From: an uncultured Desulfobacterales bacterium
GTDB taxonomy: Bacteria; Desulfobacterota; Desulfobacteria; Desulfobacterales; C00003060
Assembly: GCA_964440795.1 (NCBI GenBank)
Contig: CAYTTQ010000001.1
Location: 18,826-82,825, forward strand
Reading direction: 5' to 3'
Length of the DNA: 64,000 nt
Made by a program: the position numbers and the translations under genes. Positions 29,120-37,178 of this stretch are shown piece after piece. The notes below the pieces were generated by a model, which worked only from the letters and a program-made list of their open reading frames with translations, ran no database searches and had not been told where the DNA came from. How positions within the stretch are numbered: position 1 is the first letter of the stretch; each line of letters begins with the position of its first letter.

Positions 29120-29518
29120 CTATGTCTTCAGTTTTTCATAGGCCTCCTGCACGGCCACAAACTTTTCATGAGCCAGTTTCTGAAACTCCGGCCCCAGGTG
29201 TTGGACCTTGTCGGGATGATACTGGGCCACCAATCGCTTGTAGGCGGATCTGATTTCTTCCCGAGATGCGCCTTGCGAAACTCCCAGCACATCATAGGGA
29301 CTCTCCTCAGTCCGGTTCGGGGCATGGCGGGGACGCCGGCCTCCTCCGCCGGGAGATCCGGAGCCCGCTTTTTTGCGTTTCCCGTTCCACCACCATATCA
29401 AACCGAGTACGGCGAGATCATCCAACCATCCCGGACCGAAAATGAAATCGGGCAGCACATCATAGGGACATAGGAAATAGGCCCCCCCGATAATCCACGG
29501 CAAAAATCGCTTAATCAT
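29120..29518 (-). CDS. Membrane DUF1232-like + J-domain protein
   Basis: The N-terminus YFLCPYDVLPDFIFGPGWLDDLAV matches the YkvA/DUF1232 pattern. The C-terminal J domain has PYDVLGVSQGASREEIRSAYKRLVAQYHPDK. Confidence 0.75.
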   Translation of the reverse strand: MIKRFLPWIIGGAYFLCPYDVLPDFIFGPGWLDDLAVLGLIWWWNGKRKKAGSGSPGGGGRRPRHAPNRTEESPYDVLGVSQGASREEIRSAYKRLVAQYHPDKVQHLGPEFQKLAHEKFVAVQEAYEKLKT

Positions 29519-29675
29519 GAGGCCACACCGTTTTAAGACCGCATCAGACTTTTAAGGACGCATCACACGGACCCGCCCAGAAGTTGCGGACGGTTGCGAG
29601 TTTAGGAAAAAAGCTTGCAATCCACAATAAAATGATTAGATGTAATATAGTGTACCATCATGGGGAGGAAAAACA

Positions 29676-29885
29676 ATGCCGGTCTATGAGTTCAAATGTG
29701 GCAAATGCGGCTTCGAGTTTGAGCGAATCGTTTTTCCCAGTGATAAGGGATCCGTCGTTTGTCCCCAATGCAACGCATCCAATGCCGAGCGGCTATTGTC
29801 GACGTTTTGCTCGACGCATTCCAGCGGCAACCTAAAAACGGGCCGGGCGACATCCTGCAGCCCGTCTCCGACGGGGTTTTCTTGA
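29676..29885 (+). CDS. FmdB-family zinc-ribbon protein
   Basis: MPVYEFKCGKCGFEFE...CPQC is the CxxC_CxxC_SSSS pattern. GGGGAGGA lies upstream. Confidence 0.8.
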   Translation: MPVYEFKCGKCGFEFERIVFPSDKGSVVCPQCNASNAERLLSTFCSTHSSGNLKTGRATSCSPSPTGFS

Positions 29886-29923
29886 GCTCAATAGTGCCCG
29901 GTCGGCGGCCGAGGAAAAAGCTA

Positions 29924-30013
29924 ATGTCACAAATTGTTATCGTCTTGGGTGTCATCGCCGTTTGGATCTTACTCCAGGCATACATATTGCCCAAACTGGG
30001 GATTTCCACCTGA
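29924..30013 (+). CDS. Small single-TM protein ending at TGA (possible Sec read-through to 30079)
   Basis: GAGGA lies 8 nt upstream of ATG 29924. The product is MSQIVIVLGVIAVWILLQAYILPKLGIST-TGA. See the finding on the SECIS-like hairpin. Confidence 0.35.
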   Translation: MSQIVIVLGVIAVWILLQAYILPKLGIST

Positions 30014-30141
30014 CTGAGAAATGCTTGCCGGGTGGACACCCAGCACAAAAACACCTCATCCGACGAACAAGCCGACTGATCCTTGCTGATCGTTCTTAAT
30101 CGGCCAGGGGTCTTAATCGGTTTGGGGACAACCCACCCCCC

Positions 30142-30172
30142 CTAAGGGCTCGCCCTTAGGGCTCGCGCTAAG
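30142..30172. repeat. Two adjacent fragments of the TAA-GGG[C/T]TCGCGC repeat terminus
   Basis: CTAAGGGCTCGC-CC-TTAGGGCTCGCGC-TAAG. Both pieces match the outer tip of the element at 32013-32200. Confidence 0.6.
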
Positions 30173-30430
30173 CCACCATCGACTTAACAAGTATCTTCGC
30201 CTTCAGTACCCATGCCACCCGTGAAACCAGGTTTGAACGAAAGCCTGAAGCAGATCCGTTAAGTTTTGTTCGGCTTTGTCCGATGAGTGAGATAGCAGAC
30301 GATCAGGTATATACCTACGCCTGTCGCCCAACAGAACTGCCGGACGGTGGACCAATGCAAAATCGTCTTTTTGTCCTACTGATATTCCTGTCGACATTTC
30401 CGGCTCGAATCCTTCGCTAGGGGATTTTTT

Positions 30431-32008
30431 ATGACATTCATGCTGACGTACCAGGAACTGGAGGCCCGAAACGCCCGGTTGGAACATCAAGTCAACCAGT
30501 GTGAATCTGAACGACAAACCCTACAACAACGGGCCCAGGGATGGCAACATACCTTTGATGCAATGATGGATCTGGTGATGGTCATAGATGCCCGATACCA
30601 CGTGGTGCGGGCAAACAAGGCCACGGCCCGGGCATTTAACCGGCCGGTAGAGGACATCCTGGGGCGGAAATATTGGGAAATCTACGGACAGGACCATCCT
30701 ATCGCCGGCTGTCCACTGATCCTCGCCGAAAAGTCCTTGCGAGCACATACCAAGGAACTTGCTCTAACGAATTTGGGAGGCACGTTCCTGATATCCGCAT
30801 CGGTAATCGTGGGTAAAAACGGCCGCTTTCTTGGATACTGTTTGACCCTGAAAGAGATGAGTGTCTTCCGGCGAAGACAACGGCAGCGACAACAAGAAGA
30901 TAAAATGGACGCCATCAGCACTCTCTCGGGAGGTATCGCCCATGAATTCAACAACTTGCTGACGGGAATACAGGGAACCATCTCCATGATTTTGGCCGGA
31001 ACGAACGCACACAGCCCTGACTACGAAAAGCTGCAACGAGTAGAAAGCTACATTGAAACAGGCCATGAACTGACCAAACAACTTCTGGGATTCGGCATAG
31101 ACAATACATACGAAGTGAAACCGACGGATCTCAACATCCTGGTAGAGAAGATGTGGGACGACGTGATTGCCCCAAAAGACTCAATACAAGGGAAAAAGAG
31201 CCTGGAAGACGGACTCTGGTTGAGTAATGTCGACGGTGGTCAAATAGAACAAGTCCTGTCCCACCTCTTTATGAACGCACGAGAAGCAATGCCCGCCGGG
31301 GGTGAACTACATATAGAAACAGAAAACGTGGTTTTCGACCAGAACTATGCCGACTTTTTTGGTGTCCCTCAAGGTGACTATGTCAAAATTACGCTGACCG
31401 ACACGGGTGAAGGGATGGATTATGCTGTCCAAGAAAAGATATTTGATCCCTTCTTTACCACCCGTCCGCAAGGTACCGGTCTCGGCCTAACATTCGCTCA
31501 ACGCATTGTTGTGAACCACGGCGGCCTAATCAATATTTATAGTGAAAACGGCCGGGGAACTTCGGTCAACATCTATTTGCCGGCGTCTTCGGATAAAGCC
31601 CGGCCGGAAAAGGAAACCGACCCCAACCAGATATTAACCGGAACAGAAACGGTTCTGCTCGTCGATGACGAGAGGATTATTCTGGAAGTGGGCGGCGAGA
31701 TGCTGCGTGAATTGGGGTACCATGTCCACTTAGCCAACAGCGGGCCGGAAGCCGTTCACATTTACGGTAAACAGGGCTCACACATTGATCTGGTCATCCT
31801 GGACATGATCATGCCGGACATGGACGGCCGAAAGACGTACGATCGCTTGCGGAAAATTAACCCGGATATAAAGGTGCTACTGGCCAGCGGATACAGCATT
31901 ACGAGCCAGGTATCCGAAATCCTGGCTCAGGGCTTTAACGGATTTATTCAGAAACCGTTTAACCTGATCCGATTATCCAAGAAAATGAGAGCCATCTTGG
32001 CCCAATAA
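30431..32008 (+). CDS. PAS sensor hybrid histidine kinase (HisKA-HATPase-REC)
   Basis: PAS-like region, H-box IAHEFNNLLTGI, HATPase motifs (DTGEGM, GTGLGL), and a C-terminal REC domain (VLLVDDERIILE...LVILDMIMPDMDG). Confidence 0.9.
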   Translation: MTFMLTYQELEARNARLEHQVNQCESERQTLQQRAQGWQHTFDAMMDLVMVIDARYHVVRANKATARAFNRPVEDILGRKYWEIYGQDHPIAGCPLILAEKSLRAHTKELALTNLGGTFLISASVIVGKNGRFLGYCLTLKEMSVFRRRQRQRQQEDKMDAISTLSGGIAHEFNNLLTGIQGTISMILAGTNAHSPDYEKLQRVESYIETGHELTKQLLGFGIDNTYEVKPTDLNILVEKMWDDVIAPKDSIQGKKSLEDGLWLSNVDGGQIEQVLSHLFMNAREAMPAGGELHIETENVVFDQNYADFFGVPQGDYVKITLTDTGEGMDYAVQEKIFDPFFTTRPQGTGLGLTFAQRIVVNHGGLINIYSENGRGTSVNIYLPASSDKARPEKETDPNQILTGTETVLLVDDERIILEVGGEMLRELGYHVHLANSGPEAVHIYGKQGSHIDLVILDMIMPDMDGRKTYDRLRKINPDIKVLLASGYSITSQVSEILAQGFNGFIQKPFNLIRLSKKMRAILAQ

Positions 32009-32012
32009 CTGC

Positions 32013-32200
32013 CTAAGGGTTCGCGCAAGAATAACTTCACAGAATGGGCGCTCGGATTTGGTTCGGATTTGGCCGATCCGATTGAGCAAAACCGCAGGCA
32101 TAGCAGGCTATGTCGAGGTTTTGCGAGTGAGGTATCGGGCAAAGACGGGCGGAAGCCGAGATGGCAAAATGTGAAGTTATTCTTGCGCGAGCCCTAAGGG
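32013..32200. mobile_element. MITE-like non-coding element with ~25-29-bp terminal inverted repeats flanked by TAA
   Basis: The left end is CTAAGGGTTCGCGCAAGAATAACTTCACA. The reverse complement of the right end is CTTAGGGCTCGCGCAAGAATAACTTCACA (21 perfect bp, 27/29 overall). TAA lies at 32014-16 and 32195-97. There is no ORF. It fills the gap between two convergent genes, and partial copies occur at 30142, 37909 and 44384. Confidence 0.7.
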
Positions 32201-32201
32201 C

Positions 32202-34145
32202 TTACCAGATATAGTCTTGAGCAATATCGCGTTTGTCCTTTCCTGAAAGTACGTGCAGTGTTCGAATCTCCTTTATCTTAATCGGAGAAAGCTGACCTAA
32301 GGGGATGTAAATGATTCGCTTGTGCCACCGGGAAGCCACCTGCTTCATGAATGAACGGGGCGCGGATTTGGCCACATACACCAGATACTTTTCCATACTA
32401 TATTCCAAACCCGCCAAGAGCAGATGCTCGGCCTTAGATCGCGCCCACCCATATTCCGGATCGCCCCACACATCCGCCAGCCTCAGGGGCGGATAGGTCA
32501 TAAGAAATCCCCCATAGGTACATCTCGATATTCCGGGACCGACGATGTGGGCCGCCGGATCGGTGGCATAAAAAGCCATGTCCGATTCCTGATCGTGTTC
32601 GCCGAGCCAGGTCATCAAATACGGATATCGGTTATCCCCGTCGTCTTCGTCAAAGATCACAACAACGGACCCCACCCCCCCTTTGACCTTCTGAAATTCC
32701 TTGACATACAGACGTCCTTCGTCCATGTGTCGCACCGTTTCCCGCATGTCGATACCGTCCAGGACGCTTGTTTCAAAGGGCACACTGACAGCTTCATTGG
32801 AGGCCAGTATGTGGGCGCCCTTAGATTTGAGAAATCCGCCATAGTTTTCAATGGCGATGTCCTCAGGCGGATATGAACAAATGTAGGGATCATTGAACCC
32901 CTCCAGCCACTCGCCCGGTCTTCTTTCCTTAATTCTACGCCGTTTGGGAATGTACACAGGTCTTCGTTTCACCCTGGGCACTATCCGGCGGATGCGCATC
33001 TTCCGGGTTCCGAGCCATAACATGTCGGCCTTCATTCGAATGGTGGGGATGCCGGTTTCAGGCTGCTGCCACGGATAGTAAGCCCCCAAACGCCAAAAGG
33101 CGAAGCAAAAATTATCGTCCACACAACTCCGGGCAGCAATTAAGAACTGATAAAAATCGGCAATTAACCTACTCTCTAAAAACGCATAGTTTCTTGAAAA
33201 CCGGAAAAAGGCACGTTTCTGCCATCGTTGGACTGCTTCCCCCGTATCCTGTTTGTAGTGGCGGGCTGCCTGGTCGAACAACCGCAAGATAGCCATTTGA
33301 CGGTCCAGGGACCCTGATGGAATCTGATGTACCGCCCATCTTACCGAGGCATCCAGGGCCTCCTCTTGGCTGCAAGACGCTTTGCCCCCATCCATAAGGG
33401 TCAGGAGCCCCAGTTTCCTTCTCACTGTGTACTTGGACAACTCTGGTTCAGAGGGAAGTTCGCCGCGTCGATATTCATATACAGCGGTCAAGAAGGGCGA
33501 CTCACTCATCACCTCGGGCAGATCATCGGGATGCACATTAAACAGACTAAGCCCGGTTTGCTTTGCCATTTCCAGCGGTTGGGCCTGCGGCCGAAAGAAG
33601 GCTTCCCGCACCCCCTGAAGGTGCGCCAAGCCACAAACGAAAAAGATCCTGTCATATTTTTCGGCCAGTTGTTGGAGCCGGTAGGCCATACCGGCCTCTC
33701 GCCTAACATCAAGGTCATCGCCGGCGAAGGCCGACTGGTGAAAGTAGAGTTCCAGATAGGCATGAATGCCCAAACGATGGACCGCATAGGGGTCGGGAAC
33801 ATGGTCGCGATAAACCGGATAGGCCGCCAAATCAAGATCTACAAAATGGATCGGCACATCACTTTCCAAACCGAGCCGCACGGCCTCCGTCATAGGATCG
33901 GTCGGCTCAACAGGAAGATATATGGGCTCTCCTTTGGCATTCTCGTAGAGTACTACGGAGAGTTCCGGTAGCCGTCGAACACCCTTCTTGACGACCTCCG
34001 CTAGGGAACCGGGAAGTTCAACAGCGATCGCCTCCGGCGCAAGTCGGAAATAAGCGTCTCGCAACGCCTCGGCAAACTCCATGCTGTAGTGTACAATCGG
34101 AAAGGGATATATGGGACCAAAGGACTGCAAACAGCTCGACATCAA
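32202..34145 (-). CDS. Large uncharacterized protein with TraB/GumN-like N-terminal region (YehM/DUF5682-like, tentative)
   Basis: 647 aa. The N-terminal PIVHYSMEFAEALRDAYFRLAPEAIAVELP and REAGMAYRLQQLAEKYDRIFFVCGLAHLQGV resemble TraB-family motifs. It is coupled to the upstream AAA+ gene with a 3-nt gap. Confidence 0.55.
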   Translation of the reverse strand: MMSSCLQSFGPIYPFPIVHYSMEFAEALRDAYFRLAPEAIAVELPGSLAEVVKKGVRRLPELSVVLYENAKGEPIYLPVEPTDPMTEAVRLGLESDVPIHFVDLDLAAYPVYRDHVPDPYAVHRLGIHAYLELYFHQSAFAGDDLDVRREAGMAYRLQQLAEKYDRIFFVCGLAHLQGVREAFFRPQAQPLEMAKQTGLSLFNVHPDDLPEVMSESPFLTAVYEYRRGELPSEPELSKYTVRRKLGLLTLMDGGKASCSQEEALDASVRWAVHQIPSGSLDRQMAILRLFDQAARHYKQDTGEAVQRWQKRAFFRFSRNYAFLESRLIADFYQFLIAARSCVDDNFCFAFWRLGAYYPWQQPETGIPTIRMKADMLWLGTRKMRIRRIVPRVKRRPVYIPKRRRIKERRPGEWLEGFNDPYICSYPPEDIAIENYGGFLKSKGAHILASNEAVSVPFETSVLDGIDMRETVRHMDEGRLYVKEFQKVKGGVGSVVVIFDEDDGDNRYPYLMTWLGEHDQESDMAFYATDPAAHIVGPGISRCTYGGFLMTYPPLRLADVWGDPEYGWARSKAEHLLLAGLEYSMEKYLVYVAKSAPRSFMKQVASRWHKRIIYIPLGQLSPIKIKEIRTLHVLSGKDKRDIAQDYIW

Positions 34146-34148
34146 TTA

Positions 34149-34994
34149 CTATCTTTCATACTGCAGGGCCTCGTCACCCAATACGTCTACGATAGCCTTC
34201 CGAATGGCTTCTCCGCTTGACATCCCGGTGCCGTGAATCATCTTCAAGGCATATCGGGCCATATTGATCCCGTCCCGAACGGAATAGACCTCGTCCGCCA
34301 TATGGGCCCGTTGGAGAAAATCGACCATGTAATTCAGGATATCTTCGTCTCCAAAGGGTAGATTTTCTTTCAGGACTCTCAACTCGTCCTCCCGCTCGGG
34401 AAAATCGACAAACACCTGAGGCTGCAGTCTGGAATGGATATATTCGGGAATCTCATATGTGGACGCATCGTCGTTGATTGTCGCCACAAACCGAAAGTCC
34501 TTATGGGCGGGAATGGTCAATCCCGTAATGATGGATTCCACATATCGCCGATCGTCGAGCAGCGGCGCCAAAGAAGCCCAGGATTTCTCACTCATCCGGT
34601 TTCCTTCGTCCAAGATACATACCCCCCCTTTGATCATGGCCGTAACCAAAGCGCTGGCCGCATATCTCACGCGACCGTCTTCGCCGATCACCGGCATGAT
34701 AATCAAGTCTTCCGGACGGGTATCCATGGTCGCCTGTAACAAATATGCAGACCTTTTAAGACGTTTTGCCGCGGCATAACCGAGTGTCGTTTTACCGACT
34801 CCCGGTTTGCCCACAATGCGTGGATTAAACGGTATGTCCTTTTCGTCGATAACCATCCAAGCAGCAAGAACCTGCTTGATAAGTTCCTTTTGACCCACCC
34901 ACCGCAAGGGGAGTTCCGCCGGCTGGGCAAGCATAACCTGTAAAGAGCCGATATTGATCACTTCGCCTATCTGTGAGGCCTTTCCCATAAACAC
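34149..34994 (-). CDS. AAA+ ATPase, MoxR/AAA_5 (CbbQ/NorQ/YehL-like) type
   Basis: Walker A VGKPGVGKTTLG, Walker B GGVCILDEGNRM, and FRFVATINDD (sensor region). 281 aa. Confidence 0.85.
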   Translation of the reverse strand: MFMGKASQIGEVINIGSLQVMLAQPAELPLRWVGQKELIKQVLAAWMVIDEKDIPFNPRIVGKPGVGKTTLGYAAAKRLKRSAYLLQATMDTRPEDLIIMPVIGEDGRVRYAASALVTAMIKGGVCILDEGNRMSEKSWASLAPLLDDRRYVESIITGLTIPAHKDFRFVATINDDASTYEIPEYIHSRLQPQVFVDFPEREDELRVLKENLPFGDEDILNYMVDFLQRAHMADEVYSVRDGINMARYALKMIHGTGMSSGEAIRKAIVDVLGDEALQYER

Positions 34995-35204
34995 CTACCT
35001 ATTTTAATTGTGTATCGTGTCTACTTTAGATCAACACCTACCCATTGTCAATTCAGGATAAGGCCCCAAATCCCGCCGGCAAAATCTTCCCCGGCGAGGT
35101 TTTCTTTGAACCTACAAGGCGAATTTTTGTGGCATTTAGGTCGAACTCTTGATAAACGGTACGCATCGCAAGAGAGGATAATAGGAATAATATCACCCAC
35201 GCCA

Positions 35205-35795
35205 ATGAAATCCGCGTTAAAGCAATCGGACCGTCTACCTGAAGACCCGCCGGTCCAAGATCCGTCCACTCCCCATTTAACCGAACACACCGGCGGCGGA
35301 GTGGATTCCGATCTGCAGAGACCAGCCGTTAAACGGTTTTTAAAATATTTCTACAACCGTTTCGTCCGGCTTCATGGCAGTGCTGAACAAATTGCTTGGG
35401 GAAGTGCGGTAGGACTCTTTGTCGCCATGTCACCGACCTTGGGGTTTCAGATGTGTATGGCCGTAGCTATTGCGGCATTTTTTAAGGTCAATAAGGTGGC
35501 CGCCGCTGCTACCGTCTGGGTTACCAACCCGGCCACGGCACCGGTCATTTATTGGATGAATTACCAGCTCGGGGCAAAACTCCTCGGTCATCCGGTTCAC
35601 CCGCTCTTTTTCTCGAATCCCTCTTGGGAAACCCTTTGGAACTCGGGAAAGCATGTCTTTTTGTCTCTCCTCGTCGGAGGCGCAATTGCCGGTATCGCCT
35701 TGGGATCGATCGCCTATATCATCATCGTCAATATGATAAAAACCACCAGGAAGAAAGCCCAACGTCTTCGAGGGAAAAAGCCCCCAGAACGATAA
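35205..35795 (+). CDS. DUF2062-family membrane protein
   Basis: RLHGSAEQIAWGSAVGLFVAMSPTLGFQMCMAVAIAAFFKVNKVAAAATVWVTNPATAPVIYW matches the DUF2062 pattern. Start taken at ATG 35205; the track ORF begins at 35010. Confidence 0.7.
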   Translation: MKSALKQSDRLPEDPPVQDPSTPHLTEHTGGGVDSDLQRPAVKRFLKYFYNRFVRLHGSAEQIAWGSAVGLFVAMSPTLGFQMCMAVAIAAFFKVNKVAAAATVWVTNPATAPVIYWMNYQLGAKLLGHPVHPLFFSNPSWETLWNSGKHVFLSLLVGGAIAGIALGSIAYIIIVNMIKTTRKKAQRLRGKKPPER

Positions 35796-35806
35796 TTCAA
35801 GACAAG

Positions 35807-37093
35807 TTACTGTTTTTCCCATCGGAGCAACTCGGTTACTTGGCTAAGCGTACTACCTTCCTTTATCTCCTCGCGGATTCGGTTTTCCCTTTCCAACACG
35901 TCCATTGCCCGGTTGGCATATTCCGTGGCCAGTGTCTTGGGCAAAACGACAATGCCGTCATCGTCTCCCAAGATCCAGTCACCTGTCTCAACTTTTTGAT
36001 CCCCTATGGTAACAGGCACCCCGATTTCTCCAAATCCCTTGGGTTCACCGGCATTGGGCATGACCAACCGGGAAAAAGCGGGAAATTTGAGGGCCGCAAT
36101 CTCATGGCTATCCCGAATGGCACCATCAATGACAACGCCGGCGAGCCCCTTTTGGATCGCCGAGTGGGTGGCCAGTTCGCCCCAAACGGCCGGCCCCACA
36201 CCACCCACGTCAACCACAATCACATCTCCCGACTCCCCCATGTCTATGGCCTGGACGGGCTTGGCCCAGTCCCCCGGATACGTACGGACGGTCAATGCCC
36301 GGCCTACAATTTTCAGCCCCGCAAATAGTGGTACCAGACCTTTTACCACGCCGCCCCGATGTAACGCATCCGATAGGTTGGCAGCAGACACCTGCTCAAG
36401 GATTTGCCGAACCTGTTCCGCGGATCCCCTCTTAAAGAGCTTTGTCGCAATTGGGGTTTTATTCTCCATGGCCCGCTTGATGACTGCGGCGGCATCGGAC
36501 GGATCCACTGATTTTGATATGGCGCCTCCCACCACAACGATTGACGCCCCGGCCTCAATCGCCATGGGAGCCGTTTCGGAATTGATTCCGCCAGCCACAC
36601 CCACAGGTACCGAAACGGCCGCCGCCACCTGTCGCAAGGTATCAAAGGGGTCTTTGCCCTCCATTTGTTCGTCTATGGCACAGTGAACCGTGATAAAGTC
36701 CACCCCGATCTTTTCCAAGGCTATCGCCCGAGAAACGGGATCCTCAACAGCGATGAGGTCCGCCACGATCCGGGTTCCATAATTGCGGGCCGCCTGAACG
36801 GACTCCCGGATGGTCGCATCACTAGCGGCACCCAACACGTCCACGATATCCGCCCCGGCTTTGGCCGCCGCTTCCACTTCTATGCGACCCGCATCCATAA
36901 TTTTCATATCTGCAACGACCTTGTGTCCCGGAAAAAGCCGTCTGAGCTCACGGACGCTCTGCAATCCCTCGCTTTTTATCAAGGGAGTGCCTGCCTCAAA
37001 CCAGTCCACCCCACCTATCAAAGCCTTTTCGGCGGTCTTAACCGCCCGGTTAAGATCAACAAAATCCAGAGCCAATTGAATGACCGGTCTCAT
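35807..37093 (-). CDS. Fusion of 3-hexulose-6-phosphate synthase (OMPDC-fold) and RraA-like/aldolase-type domain
   Basis: The N-terminal ~210 aa have VIQLALDFVDL...AGTPLIKSEG...VVADMKIMDAG (HPS/KGPDC DxKxxD motif). The C-terminal ~210 aa have SDALHRGGVVKG...GDVIVVDVGG...VWGELATHSAIQKGLAGVVIDGAIRD (RraA-family pattern). GAGGT SD. Confidence 0.85.
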   Translation of the reverse strand: MRPVIQLALDFVDLNRAVKTAEKALIGGVDWFEAGTPLIKSEGLQSVRELRRLFPGHKVVADMKIMDAGRIEVEAAAKAGADIVDVLGAASDATIRESVQAARNYGTRIVADLIAVEDPVSRAIALEKIGVDFITVHCAIDEQMEGKDPFDTLRQVAAAVSVPVGVAGGINSETAPMAIEAGASIVVVGGAISKSVDPSDAAAVIKRAMENKTPIATKLFKRGSAEQVRQILEQVSAANLSDALHRGGVVKGLVPLFAGLKIVGRALTVRTYPGDWAKPVQAIDMGESGDVIVVDVGGVGPAVWGELATHSAIQKGLAGVVIDGAIRDSHEIAALKFPAFSRLVMPNAGEPKGFGEIGVPVTIGDQKVETGDWILGDDDGIVVLPKTLATEYANRAMDVLERENRIREEIKEGSTLSQVTELLRWEKQ

Positions 37094-37178
37094 AGCTTAC
37101 CTCAAAGATGAAAGATATCCGGTCCCAACCCTTACAGCAGACAGTCTCCGCAAGGACCAAGGGCCGGAGGTACTCAAA

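Noticed and set aside
29759-29923. Upstream extension of the small membrane ORF (84-aa track ORF starting at 29759)
   Set aside because: It overlaps the FmdB zinc-ribbon gene out of frame for 127 nt, and the extension is not hydrophobic or protein-like. ATG 29924 has its own GAGGA SD.
30203-30517. 104-aa ORF on the - strand
   Set aside because: It overlaps the start of the hybrid kinase gene and the repeat-fragment region. It has no SD and no recognisable motif.
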